NCBI GenBank assembly: GCA_964187785.1 | Contig: OZ076409.1 | Span: 25,856,001-25,920,000 of the forward strand | Source of the DNA: Amphiscolops sp. MND2022 | Taxonomy: Eukaryota | Length of the DNA: 64,000 nucleotides | Direction of reading: 5' to 3' | In this document: piece after piece, positions 11,501-23,500 of the stretch | Layout: every line of letters begins with the position of its first letter | Position numbering within the stretch: position 1 is the stretch's first letter | The notes under the pieces: generated by a model | Seen by the model: the letters and a program-made list of their open reading frames with translations, nothing else | Databases searched by the model: none | What the model was told of the DNA's origin: nothing | Made by a program: the position numbers and the translations under genes

Positions 11501-14500
11501 CATTCACCCCATGATCATTTCACCCCAGTGAAAAAAAGTGGAACACGAAAAAACTTCGAAGATTCTCACCATATTTTTGTTGCTCGTTTGTATTTGTAGG
11601 GGAGAAAACTTGCATTAAAATCGGGGGTTTACCAAACAATTTAAGCTTGTTCCAGGGCTTCAAGTGTCAAAACAATTTTGTGTTCGGCGATAAAAAACAA
11701 GGTGTATCTGGGGATAAGGAACATGGTCCGAAACTTTTTCTTTTGAAACCATACCAGAAAGTAGTCAATGATAGCAATGATTGCACAATTATTGTTAACT
11801 ATTAAGATGATTATCAAGACTTGATAATCATTAGGATTCAATAACACTAAATGATTCCTAATAGATTTAGATAAAATGAGACGTTTAACAGAACGTAATG
11901 GCCGACAACAAAGTTTCTGGCGACGAAATGTCCGACAAAGAAATGTCTGGCGACGAAATTTCTGACGACGAAATTTTTGGCAATCTTATTTGACATTTAA
12001 ATAGCACAAAATTTTTCTGCGTTCCGTATTTTTTTGGTTCCCTAGTTTTTTCCGAGATTACAACGAGTGCTAGCGTAAATGACAAAAAACCGTAGTTGAC
12101 GGAGAAAAACAGAGTAAAAGAGCAACCGTGAGCTCTGTGACTTTGGGCAAAACGCTTTGAAATCACACTTTCAAGCCGGCCATCACTTTACCAATCAACT
12201 TCAAATGTGATACCTGTCGTGACTATTGGTCATAATGTCTTCTTCATGACCATCGTCACTAGACTGAGAATTCTCTGAATTTCTCCTAAAGTAGTCTTAT
12301 CGACTACTGGTTGCCATATTAAGCTTTGAGTTACCTTTCCAAGCGTTTTTAACGAATTTCGCTTCGGTGGTCCTGTTAAGTCCACTGGACCTCTGGTCCA
12401 CTTCTTCCCGAAACACTGGATTTTGGTTGGAAACCAAGTTTCTAATATCAGGCAAAACCTTTTCAGTGATTGCTGAATTAATGACATCAACCAGCTGAGA
12501 ATTAAGTTCTCTTCTCAGTTCATCAATTTTCTTTGTAATCTCAGAATTAACGAGCCTCATAGTCTCAACCGTCGATTCACTATTTTCGTTACTGTTTGAG
12601 TTTAAAAGTGACCTGAAATCCTCACTATTTTGCAGTGGGTCTCCTCTAGTCCCATCTGACCCTAGGTCTATTTCACCATTCCTATCAGAGTCATTTCCTA
12701 ATTCATTTCTTGGATATGATCCAAGCATTACGTCTAAGTTTTCTGTATCAGACATGATGTCTAATTGCCTAGAGCGTCTTTCCTTAGCTCTTTGCTTTCT
12801 AGTAGAAGGCATTGAAGAAATATTTGCTCAGGTAAGAGTATATTCGAGCTTGTATCAAATATCCCAACTTGAACTGAGTATTCAAACAATAACAGAACGA
12901 TATATCACTAAAGCAGTCTACTAAAGCGAAGGTTGACTTGTAGTCTCAAAATGATTAGAACACTGATGGTGATAGATAGCGGTGAGTTGTAGGTTTGTAA
13001 TCATCAATAATCGTCAAGATTCATCCCTTGGGACTAGTGGTCCCCGTATTTATAGTCCTTGCATCATGACATGCAGTAATATGTATAGTCATGTTACTAA
13101 AATTAGCAACTTACATACTAACGTCACTATGACGTAATGCTGTCAAACTAAATATAGACACAAGTACGGGCAAAAGGCCCTGGGAAGTTTACGTCACATG
13201 CTCCTGTAATTCTAAAATTAGCATCTCTACGTGTATTAGATCTAAAAATAGATAAAGAGGAAGGAAAATGGGGGGGAAGAGGCAGTACGCCTTTCATATT
13301 AATGACAGCAAGACTTGTGCTGAGCTCATACTTATATGCACCAATAGTATTGCACTTAGTTAAGATTAATAATCATCAAAGTAAATACACCGACAATAAG
13401 TGGACCGGCAGTCTAATATGACTTGCGTCGCCGCAAAGGCCAGCAAGTAAGTGAATAAGAAAGCTCGCATGTGATTGGCTAATTAAGGTTGCGGACTACG
13501 CGTTCGAATTGACCAACGCGGCGGACAATTCGAACGCGTTTCCTTTACCTTGCCAGTTATCTTGATTATTACAGCTACATTTCATCGATAATTAATACAT
13601 TCTGCACTACTGGTTTACATGTAGAATACACAAGCATAAAGACGTGAATATATATATAAAGTGTACATGCGCAGCGTATAAAATCAACAAACAGAATACA
13701 ATGAATGCTATATCTATGTAATGAATACTAAAATGCAATTGGTACTACAAGTCATACTAAGACCAGTGGACCTTCGGTCCGTAATAGCATAAATTCACAT
13801 TCTAATTGTTTGTGAAAAAAAATATAAGTCATGCACTAAGTTTCCCAGCAGATCAGCGGTATACGCGGCCTAAAGTGGCAGTGTTCCTGGCATATATCTC
13901 AGGTCGTTCTCATCCACCATCACTTGGTAGCTGTTTCCATCACAGGCGGCAGCCTGCGACACTCCCCGGGGGATGACAGTAAACGAGCCTGCAAGCATTC
14001 CTGCCTGAAAGGCGTTTCTTCGTCTGAGTCGGGTATTGTACGTCTCACCCACGAGGTGAGTCTGCTCCAAAAAATTGAAGGTGATCTCCTCTCGTATTGT
14101 TTCAAAAGACTTCCCACACACTATGCAGTCCCCAAAGGCGACTTGGTTCGGCAGCCCACACACCCCGCTGTTGCTTATGGCAATCCCAGTAATATGTGCG
14201 TTATTGGGCTGATAAGGGAAGTCATCATCTGACCACGGGTTGCCAGCGTTATTGACATTACACCCTTGCTCGTGCGGAGGTGGAGATAGTGGGGTGTCTG
14301 GAATTGGGCTAATTCTTGCACACTCAGCAATGGGTCGCTCCTGACTGAGTTTTCTGGAATAGCTAGGAGGGTGAATGCCCAATATCTGGTCTACAAGGTC
14401 GCTAGGGGGCTCTGTGTCCGTCTTTATTGACCTGCCATACAATTCCTCCAGTAGCGTTAAGTCACCATCGTCCGTGAATTCAGTGGTCATGGCACGTCCC

Positions 14501-17500
14501 GCTATCCCCAATGGTCGAGTGGACTGAGCCTCGCTGTAACAGGCGATCACTTCTATGTCGCTGTCATAACCTTTCTCGTCTGGGGCTTTTTGTGGATCGT
14601 CCACGTCCATGTCTTCTTCCTCTGAGGATAGATAAGACAGGCTAACCGAGGGGCTAATTAAATCTTCTACTGCAAATTGTAGAGACATATCTGTTTGAAA
14701 TCTCTTTAGTAAGATTTTCTTAGCAATTCTTGAGTATGAAAGTGAGCTGCTGATTTGTAGATTGAGATTCAGAAGAATGGCTACCTCGGGCTGATCGACC
14801 TTAGGTCAGAGGGTCGAAAATTCGCGGGAAAATAAGTTAGGGAAAGTTTCCCTGCAGCCCTCTTTGGTTTCTTAACATTTCCTTATTAAGCGGGTTCCCT
14901 TCTCAATTTCGTTTTGATGATCAGCCGCTTGTAAAGTTGATAAGTGCTTGAGTTTGATCTCAAGTGGTTGTATTAACTATTGAAGAGGTGACAATGGGTG
15001 ATGAGATTGTTTATCATCACTCATTAACACTAGTGAAGTGTCATCAAAGACCGTCGGTCTCAGCGGCTAGCAAAGACCAACTGTCCAATCAGAGCGTGTT
15101 GATAAATGAATAAATAATTCTGAATGGATTTGAATGAAAATGGTAAAATGGCATAAATGAATGAAATTAATAATGGTAATGATGGTAACTCTAATACTGG
15201 AACAAAGGAATGGAAAAGAAATGATTGCTGAATGTACATCACTGGCAGGTTCTGTAACACTGAAGATCATAGTGTATAGGTAATTAAAAGAGCTAATAGC
15301 TTTGGTAATAATAAATGACTTGTATTTTGCCACGACGTCCTTTGATGTAAATGAAATAAACGTAAAATACGATTGAGTAATAATCAGTCTTGAGAGTCAA
15401 GTTGAACGGTAAGAAGTAAAACTTGTAAGTGAGACTTTCAGTCTAATTGCCGTAAAGCATAGTAAACCAGTTTGCTAATTTTCACAGTTCACAGTACGAC
15501 TTTCAAATTGTTAATCCTTTGTTACATTTTGCATTCCCAATTCTAATTCTATCATTCAACAGCAGTTTTAGATCCCCAAATCTGCACAAAATATTTCCTG
15601 CTTGGATAGTTCTTCTAGTTACATCTTCTCGTTGGACTTCGTTTCCAGGACTACTGGTCTAATTGTCCCTAGATCGACGTAGAGTCCACTTTTGAGACTT
15701 CAATCTCGGTTCAGAATTCTTCATCTAGTTCACCCTTCTTGTTTCTCCTAGACAACATTGAACTATTCTTCTACGAGTATTCCAACTTGTTGACAGTACT
15801 CCCGACCAACGTTGTTCATTCCTCGAGATTCTACTAATTGGACTAGCAGTCTAATTGGCATAGGTCACCCTTCCAACAGTATCCGCCGTCTTACGACTTT
15901 GTTTCAGTCTGCTCATCCTTCGTGTCACTACTCCGATTCGGACAGACCAAGAATCCTTTCAGTCAGCCACGTCTTGCTCCACCAATTCTGTTCTCCATTT
16001 GGATAAACATCAGGTTGGTTCTTTCAACTTATTTTGTCAATTTTGAGCTTGATCAGGGCTTCCCATTGACTAGTTTTCACTTCCTCCATCGTGAAATATT
16101 CAACCATAGGTATGAACAAATAATAAGCTTGCTTTCGAAAGTCTTTCAAACGCGATAAGATGGATTTCTTTAACGGAAGTGGATCGCGAAAATTTATTTC
16201 TTTCCGTTTAGGCAAAGAAATGGACGGCCAACCAGAACAAAACGTCACCGAACAGATGGAAATTGACTCCCCAACAGTTGGACAGATGTTAGAGTCTGAG
16301 AACAGAGGGTCGCCAACGGACATAAGATCTATAGTTGAGCTGTCTTCCAATACGGACACTGAAAGCTGCGAAGCCTACATCAGGCGTACAGCTGAGTTGC
16401 TTGAGAGCGCTGAGCAAGATCCCGCTAGTCGTGTAACTGAGATTCCTGTTGAGGCAAAGTCAAGTGTGAGTGAGTTGGTTGCTGTTACTCCTGCGCTGAA
16501 TGAGATGATCCCCGAAGTCCAACTTACAGAAAGCGTCCCTAGAGTCGTCTTCCTGGACAAATCCGATTCGCAAGAAGGGACGAATAACACCACCATCGGA
16601 AGACAGGACCTTACGTCAGCAAGCAAAGTAGTTGACCAAAACCTGATGGCATCTAATCCTGAAGTCGGGGTTGTTGCTACTACCACTGAGGGCCCGTCTC
16701 AGCCTGCTAACATAGGGCTAGTGGAACAAGTCCTTGAGGAGCCGCAAGTTACTCCCAACCTTCAAGGAGCACAGGAAGGGAGACAAGAGATCGATGCTTC
16801 TGGGTCTGGTGATCCGCAAGTCAGCAAAGGGCCAATGGACTACCGGTACCAAACAGATGAAGACTCTTGCTTTGAGATGGAGACCGACACCGGATCTATG
16901 GCTAGGTCTACCTTGGGACAAGCGCTGTATTGCCCGGCAAAGGTTCGTGAGATTTCTTGCCGCGATGAATCTAGTCATGATTCAAACGTTGCCGATTTGC
17001 CACCCATCACTGATCCGCCACCGTTGTCAGGTACCAGCAGGGTTATCATCAAACAATGTTTCACAGAAACAAACCCTATCTGCCTTGATCCAGGACACCC
17101 TGTCATTGCGCTAAATCAGGATCAAATTACCAGCATCCTCAGAATTGTAGCAGACGAAAGTGCCCGAGCGTCTTTTGAGATGCTTAGCAGCGTAGTGGAA
17201 CGGGCGAGCCGATTGAACTTGGGTAGTCCTGCAAAAACTGCTTCTAGAAGGCGTGTTCCTTCGATGTCTGGCCATGATACTGACACAGATATCGGAAGTG
17301 ATTCCGTAGCTACCTACTCCACACGTAGAGGCGGCGCAAGTTCAGGCATGACCAGTGAGGCTGAATCCCAACCGGACTTCCAATCAAGTGTAGCGATGCC
17401 TGCTCCTCCGACCACTGCCAGCAATCAACAGGTAGACTTAGAGACTGACCCACATTCTTCTGCCGTGTCCAGCCCTGGGGCTCAAACCCTCGCCAACGTG

Positions 17501-20500
17501 AGACAGGAGGCTATTAACGAGCAACGCCAAGCCCGGAGACAAACTTCATCTCGCACTCGACCTAGGGGCCAAGCACGACCCAGGAGACGAATAGGCCGAG
17601 TGATGAAGGAGGAGTACTTCGAGACAATGCCTTGGACTAGAACTTTCGTGTCTGGGCCAGTTGATCCGAAATGGAACAAGCACAAGATCTACTGCCAGAT
17701 CTGCAAGTGCAATGTCTCAATCCGTGCAAAGGGTCCAAAGGAAATCCTGCGACATTTCGCGACGGAGCGTCATCTGCGTAAAGATCAGCGCTGGAGGTAT
17801 GAGTACCTCACTATTGAAGACCCCCTTACTAAGCGACGCAGATACCAAGTGAGAGGTCAAGATGGTAAAGTGCTCTCCAATTATCAACTCCAGCTGGAAC
17901 TGCCTCACTTCATTAACTGCGAACTAGTAGACATTGGGGAGAAGTTGCCATTCTACGACGAGGCAATGGCAGGCGTGGATTATATGGCATCGTCACCGCA
18001 AAATCGTGCCAGACTGCAAATTTCTGTGCTCGGCTGTTTCTTACCATTGTCTGGAGACGTCCAAGTCCTGCGTGGTCTCTGGCAACAAATTGGCATTGCA
18101 CTGAATCATCAGGCCATCACCAGTGATATCGACTGGAGCACAACTAGACTCTCAGTAAGTAGTCTCTTCACGTCTGATTGACTTCTAGTCCTATCCCTAT
18201 ATCATGCAAGCTTGACTAGATTTGATAAGTCACAGTCCATGATTTGAACAATAGTTCTTGAGTGGGCACATGTTCCGGTTCGTACTAATCTAAGGATGTG
18301 TTTAAGGTGTTGTTCCATCATCTATTCACACAAATCATTCCAATCATTGGCAATGATATCCTGACGTCCGGACAATTCTCTGTAGAATTCGAACCACAGG
18401 GGGTTTTCCTCTTGCTTCACGTCAGGTTCTGGAAAGCTGACAAATTGTGCCGGGTCTACTTACTGCGAACCGGCAGGGCCAGTGGACAAACATCAGCCGA
18501 AGTCAGCCTTGTGTCTACCCTTCTTGCAGCGATATCTGCTGAGGCTGATCTAGTGTGCTGCTCTGGGGCTACATATGGCCTAGTCCATCTGTTAGATCGG
18601 TCCCCACTCACCAGACATGGGGTACAGCGACCAACCACTTTCGACGAGATTGCGATCAAGAAGTTGATGCACAAAGACAGTTTCTCCGTGTTTGGACGCA
18701 TTGACTTCTTTTCAGTGTTACAGTACTTGGTTGTCTGCCTGAGTGGAAGTCTAGAGATGGAATGGACTCTCTTCACCCCTGAGTTGACTAAGGTAAGTCC
18801 CTCAGTCTATGTGCCTAGTACCGCCCGAAGCTTGGTCCGGTTTGACGTGGGGTTTTCAATTTAGGCCATTAAAACTTGCAAGCTTGACGTGTCCACAATC
18901 CCAAAATTGTGTCAGGAGTTGATGGCTAACTGGAAAACGGTGATCACCTACCTTTCCGAGCATTCACCTCAACAGCAAATGCAGGGAGTCAGAAACCAGG
19001 TTGGTCAATTTGCGACAGCTAGACTCATAGTCCCTAGTAGGGCAAATCTCGATGGCTTTCATTTCTTTTCAGCCCCAAAACTTCGAACGATCTGTCATTC
19101 ACGATGACTTCTTTCCTTGCAGACTTGAGTTCTTTGGGAAGCTTGTCCGCGATTGTTAGTACTCTAATTCTCCTTGCACATTGGTTTCCACATGGCTTCA
19201 TAATAATTCAATAGGATGCATCTGACTGGAACTGGGCTGCGCCTTGTCGAATTTCCAATCTAAGCTTGACTGTCCCAAAATAAATCCTCTTAGTCCTAGT
19301 TACGACAATGGGACCATAGGTCTTTTAAGGCATAATCTGGTTTCATGGTTGATTCACTGTTTCAGACACCACCAACTTCTCACTCAGTCTCAGTGGCCGG
19401 CGAGACAGGGCCTTCTACTCCTTCCGACAGCTTTGTCTCTACCTTCGCAAATTGGCTAAGCGCGTTGTTCTCCCCACTGCTTTGCCTGCTGAAGAAGACA
19501 TCGCGAGTATCTTGGACCTGGATACCACAACTGCTCTGGCCCTCAGCGTCCCCGTGTTTCTCAGCAGAACCAAATTTGGAGCGAAACTTGACCATGCCTG
19601 CAAGTTGAAAGCAGAGATTGAGCAGCATGAACAGAAAGGAGAGAAGACGTCAATCGACACATTGAAAGAGAAGGCTAAGGAAGAATTTGGACGTTTGGCC
19701 AGGAGTTACGTGACTCATCTGTTCAAAGAGACGCGTAGTCACTTCAATTTCACCACCAACATCGCCCAAGGTTTGGCCAGCTTTGACCTGGAAATCCTCT
19801 TGAAGTTGCCTCTCACTCTGGCCACGAAATGCTTCGGTCAGTTATTTACCGTCTTCCGTCTTCGTGGGTATTTTTCCCAAGAACAAGAGGCCCCAGCACA
19901 TGAAGAGTACCTGTCCTTCGTCGACGAGTTGCGCGTTAAATTTGCAGAGTTCGATCAACCTACACTATTGATCAAGGATACAATTGATTTCCTCATGGGC
20001 CAAACAACTCTGTCTACACGTCCATTGTTGTTTAGTTGTTTCAAGTTGGCTTGTCTCTGCATAGATGAGCCTTTTAGAGATCTCCCGACAGTCAAGTTCG
20101 GCTCTGTCAACACGGATGATCCTACCAGCAAGCTAGTGGACATAGTGCTGCCAGTGCAATCGTTCTTTAGCCAAGCTGTTAATCCAGTTGAGTCAGTGAC
20201 CAGCGATGCCTCGATCTCCGAATTCCTCGAAATGGAGTCTACTTTCGGTCGCACTGCGCTTGGCGACACGTATGACCCGTGGTCGGGTTTGGACAATTTC
20301 GGGAGGACTGAGATTTTGTCGAAGTTGGATCCTGAACGCAGACTTCCGAGCAAAGCTGGCAAGGTGGGCGCTTCCAGTACTGTCACAGTCCAGCAGTCCC
20401 CCAGTACCCTACAGTACCCTAAGAAGAATGTCCGTCCTACTCATCTCTTGTCAGATTCCGAATTGGTCCAGACTGCTAAGAGTCTGCGTCAGTGTGGCAG

Positions 20501-23500
20501 TAAAGACTAATTGTACACAATGTGCACATATATAAACTTTAAACTGTAAACTATTTATCCATATTTTCTTTTGTTCTGCCAATGTTGCTTGTGGCTTTAT
20601 TATTCGTCGCTAAGTCAGTTTGTCGGCACCTTATTAATTGTCATAAAGTGAAGTCAAAATAGTCCCAAGTAAAGAATACATGTCCTCAAGGGCAGAGAGA
20701 GAAAATTGGGACGTAGTAAATAAATGTTCTGACTAGTATCTGTATTCTTCTGAGTAATTAGGGGTAGGGTTCGGACGGAGGTTATATCTCCCTCCTCTAG
20801 GGCTTTCATTTTCTACAATCATTTCGTCGTTTTCGCTTTCTGATACTTCGGGCACGATAGTATCGCTCCCCCCTGATGAAGTTTCCTCACCAGGAATTGA
20901 GTCATCATCGGAATCGGGCATGATTCGCTCAGGAAGAGTTTCTTCCGTCTCGTCATGTCTAGTGGACTGTAGGTCCACATCGGTCAAGATCTGATCTGGC
21001 TGGTCGAAGTTAGTATCTTCGCCGCTCGTAATTTCTGGTCGTTCAGTTGATTGCTCGTAGGTCGGTTGACGTCGAGTGGACGCGAAGTCCTCAAAGTTCG
21101 TTTCCCACGTGATTACGTAGAGATCATCTTGGGGAATGACAATTTCATCGTCTGGCTGTAAATTCCCTTCTGGGCGAACGTCCTGTAAGTCTGTATTAGG
21201 CTCATATTTTCTGAGACGTATTCTGTGTAAAATTTGCGTTTTGTTGGAATTGAGTTTGCGAACTATATAATTATCGTTTGGTAAAACTTTTTCGATAATG
21301 TAAGGGCCAATCCAACGGAATTCGCGAAATGGGATTTTTGATCCTTGATGGTCAGCTATAGGTTGTAGAATGAAGCAATAATCATTGAGTTTCAAAGGTG
21401 CTGCTTTGGCCTTTCGGTCATAGTATTCTTTGTACTTCAAATAAGACTGCATAATATTTTTCTTTGTGGAATCAATCAAAACCTGTGATCTACGTTGGAA
21501 TTCCTCAGCAAAGTCCGTGGTGGGAAGGACCTGTGGGTTTGGGTTGAGCCCCAATTTATGGTCTAAAATATTGTACGGTATGCGGCCATGAAATATCCTT
21601 GATGGTTCGCAGCCCAACGTCGAGTGGTAGGACGTGTTGTAATTTAGGACTGCTAACGGTAAGTACTTGTGCCACTGACGTCTATACTCCCCTGAGGCCA
21701 TTTTGAGGTTAGTCTTAAGACTGGCATGAGTTCTTTCTAGCTTTCCTATGGTCTGTGGGTGTTTCGTCGTCGCACATTTAATTTGAATGCCCAAAATTTG
21801 CGCAATTTCAGCTACTAACTTTGATGTGAAGGCTGATCCTTTATCGGTAATCAAAGTCGTCGGCAAATACGTATGTTTGGTCATGATGTCGATAATGACC
21901 TTAGCGGTAATTGCAGCTGAAGCATCAGTAACTGGGTAAGCGAACAGGTAACGTGAAAAAACGTCCATGGCAGTAATAATATTTTCGTAGCCTCCGCTCG
22001 GCGGGAGGTTCGGTAATAGGTCTATTTGCATAGCGTCTTCTGGACCCAAAGTCCACTCTGGCAAATTGAGGAGCTCAGGATTTATTAACTCATTTGGAGT
22101 TCTTTTATCTTTTATGCAGGTTTCACATCCATTAACCCACTTGCGGACGATTTTCGCTATTCCAGGATAATAATATTTGGAACGAATTTCTTGTAACATT
22201 TTTGCAATGCCCGGATGGCGATTGGCCTTCCCGTGAAGGGATTCTAATAATTCAGTTACTAGGTGTTTTGGTAAGAGCACTTGGTTGTATTTGACAGTGC
22301 CAGTTTCGTCGTAATACTGCCTCGTGATGATTTCGTTTTGAATGGACAGTCGGTCTAGTTGGCGTAGGTAGTGCTGATATCTTGTATCTTGTATCAAGAT
22401 TGTTTCAGAATACTCTTCTTTTTGAATTTTGAGCTTAAGTTGTTGTAGTATAACGTCATTGTTTTGCTCTATAGTCACAGTGTTGGTATTGGCTAGTTTT
22501 TGACAAATGGGTAATTTTTGATAATTGCTGTGATGAGTGGTAAATTTTTGAAAAGAAATATCCGGTAATTGATTGGAAGGATTGTCTCGTGATTTTTTCT
22601 TCCTTTGCCAGATTTGCTCTTCTGTCTCATCTTCATCGTCAGTATAGAAGATTTGTTCTTCTTCTGTGATCCCTGCTGATTGGACGTGAAGTTCAATTGG
22701 CGTAGTGGGAATATCTTCTCTGATGCGAAGAATCAATTTCTCTTTTGGTGATATTTCTAGGCGTGATAAGTAGTCTGCGGCTGTGTTGTTTTTACCGGGA
22801 ATGTGTGCTATTGTGAAGTTAAATTGAATAACGTAATCACATGCGTTCCACAACGTTGGTGGTATTATCTTTGTTTGAAAAAAACGCGTGACGGATTTGT
22901 TATCGGTCAGTATAATTACCGGCTTTGGCGTCCCCCAAAAGATGTGTCCAAATTCCTTGAACGCAAAGAATATGGCTAAGAATTCTTTTGCATAAATGGA
23001 CATTTTCAATTGTGCGGGACTAAAGGTCTTTGACCCGTAAGCTACCGGAGCAAACGCCTTCCTCGTTGAAGTATATTTTTCTTGTGGATCATCCTCAATT
23101 AGGACTGCGTACCCAGCGGCCATAAAGCTGGCGTCGGTCATTAGGGCTATTTGCTTGTTCGGTAGCGGCTGTTTAAGTGCTAATTCACAACAGCGGTCAA
23201 GTGCTTTGTTGATATCGGTAAATTTCTCCAATAGGTCCGGTGTTACTAGGACTTTTTCATCATTCTTTAATAATTTGAAGAATGGTGTTAGTCTCTCTGA
23301 TAGCCTGGGAATATAGTTACGATAGTAGTTGAGAAATCCCAGGTATCTCTGCAGTGCTTTCTTTGATTTCGGGAATTTCGTGTTTTCTAGGAAATTTTGG
23401 ACTCGTGGTCGCTGTGGACGTACTCCGACTGGCGTGATCGTTCGACCCAAAAAGTCGATTTCTGTCGCTCCGAAATGACATTTGTGCATTGTGAGCTTCA

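Noticed and set aside
12297..12812. Separate genes for ORFs 12297-12812, 44997-45611 and 51518-51991
   Set aside because: They are 3'-LTR duplicates of the gag N-terminus.
13870..14688. ORF-X as an envelope gene
   Set aside because: No signal peptide, transmembrane segment or fusion-protein features are visible.
16024..16359. 111-aa minus-strand ORF over the conserved block
   Set aside because: The orthologous B sequence has stops and an indel in this frame.
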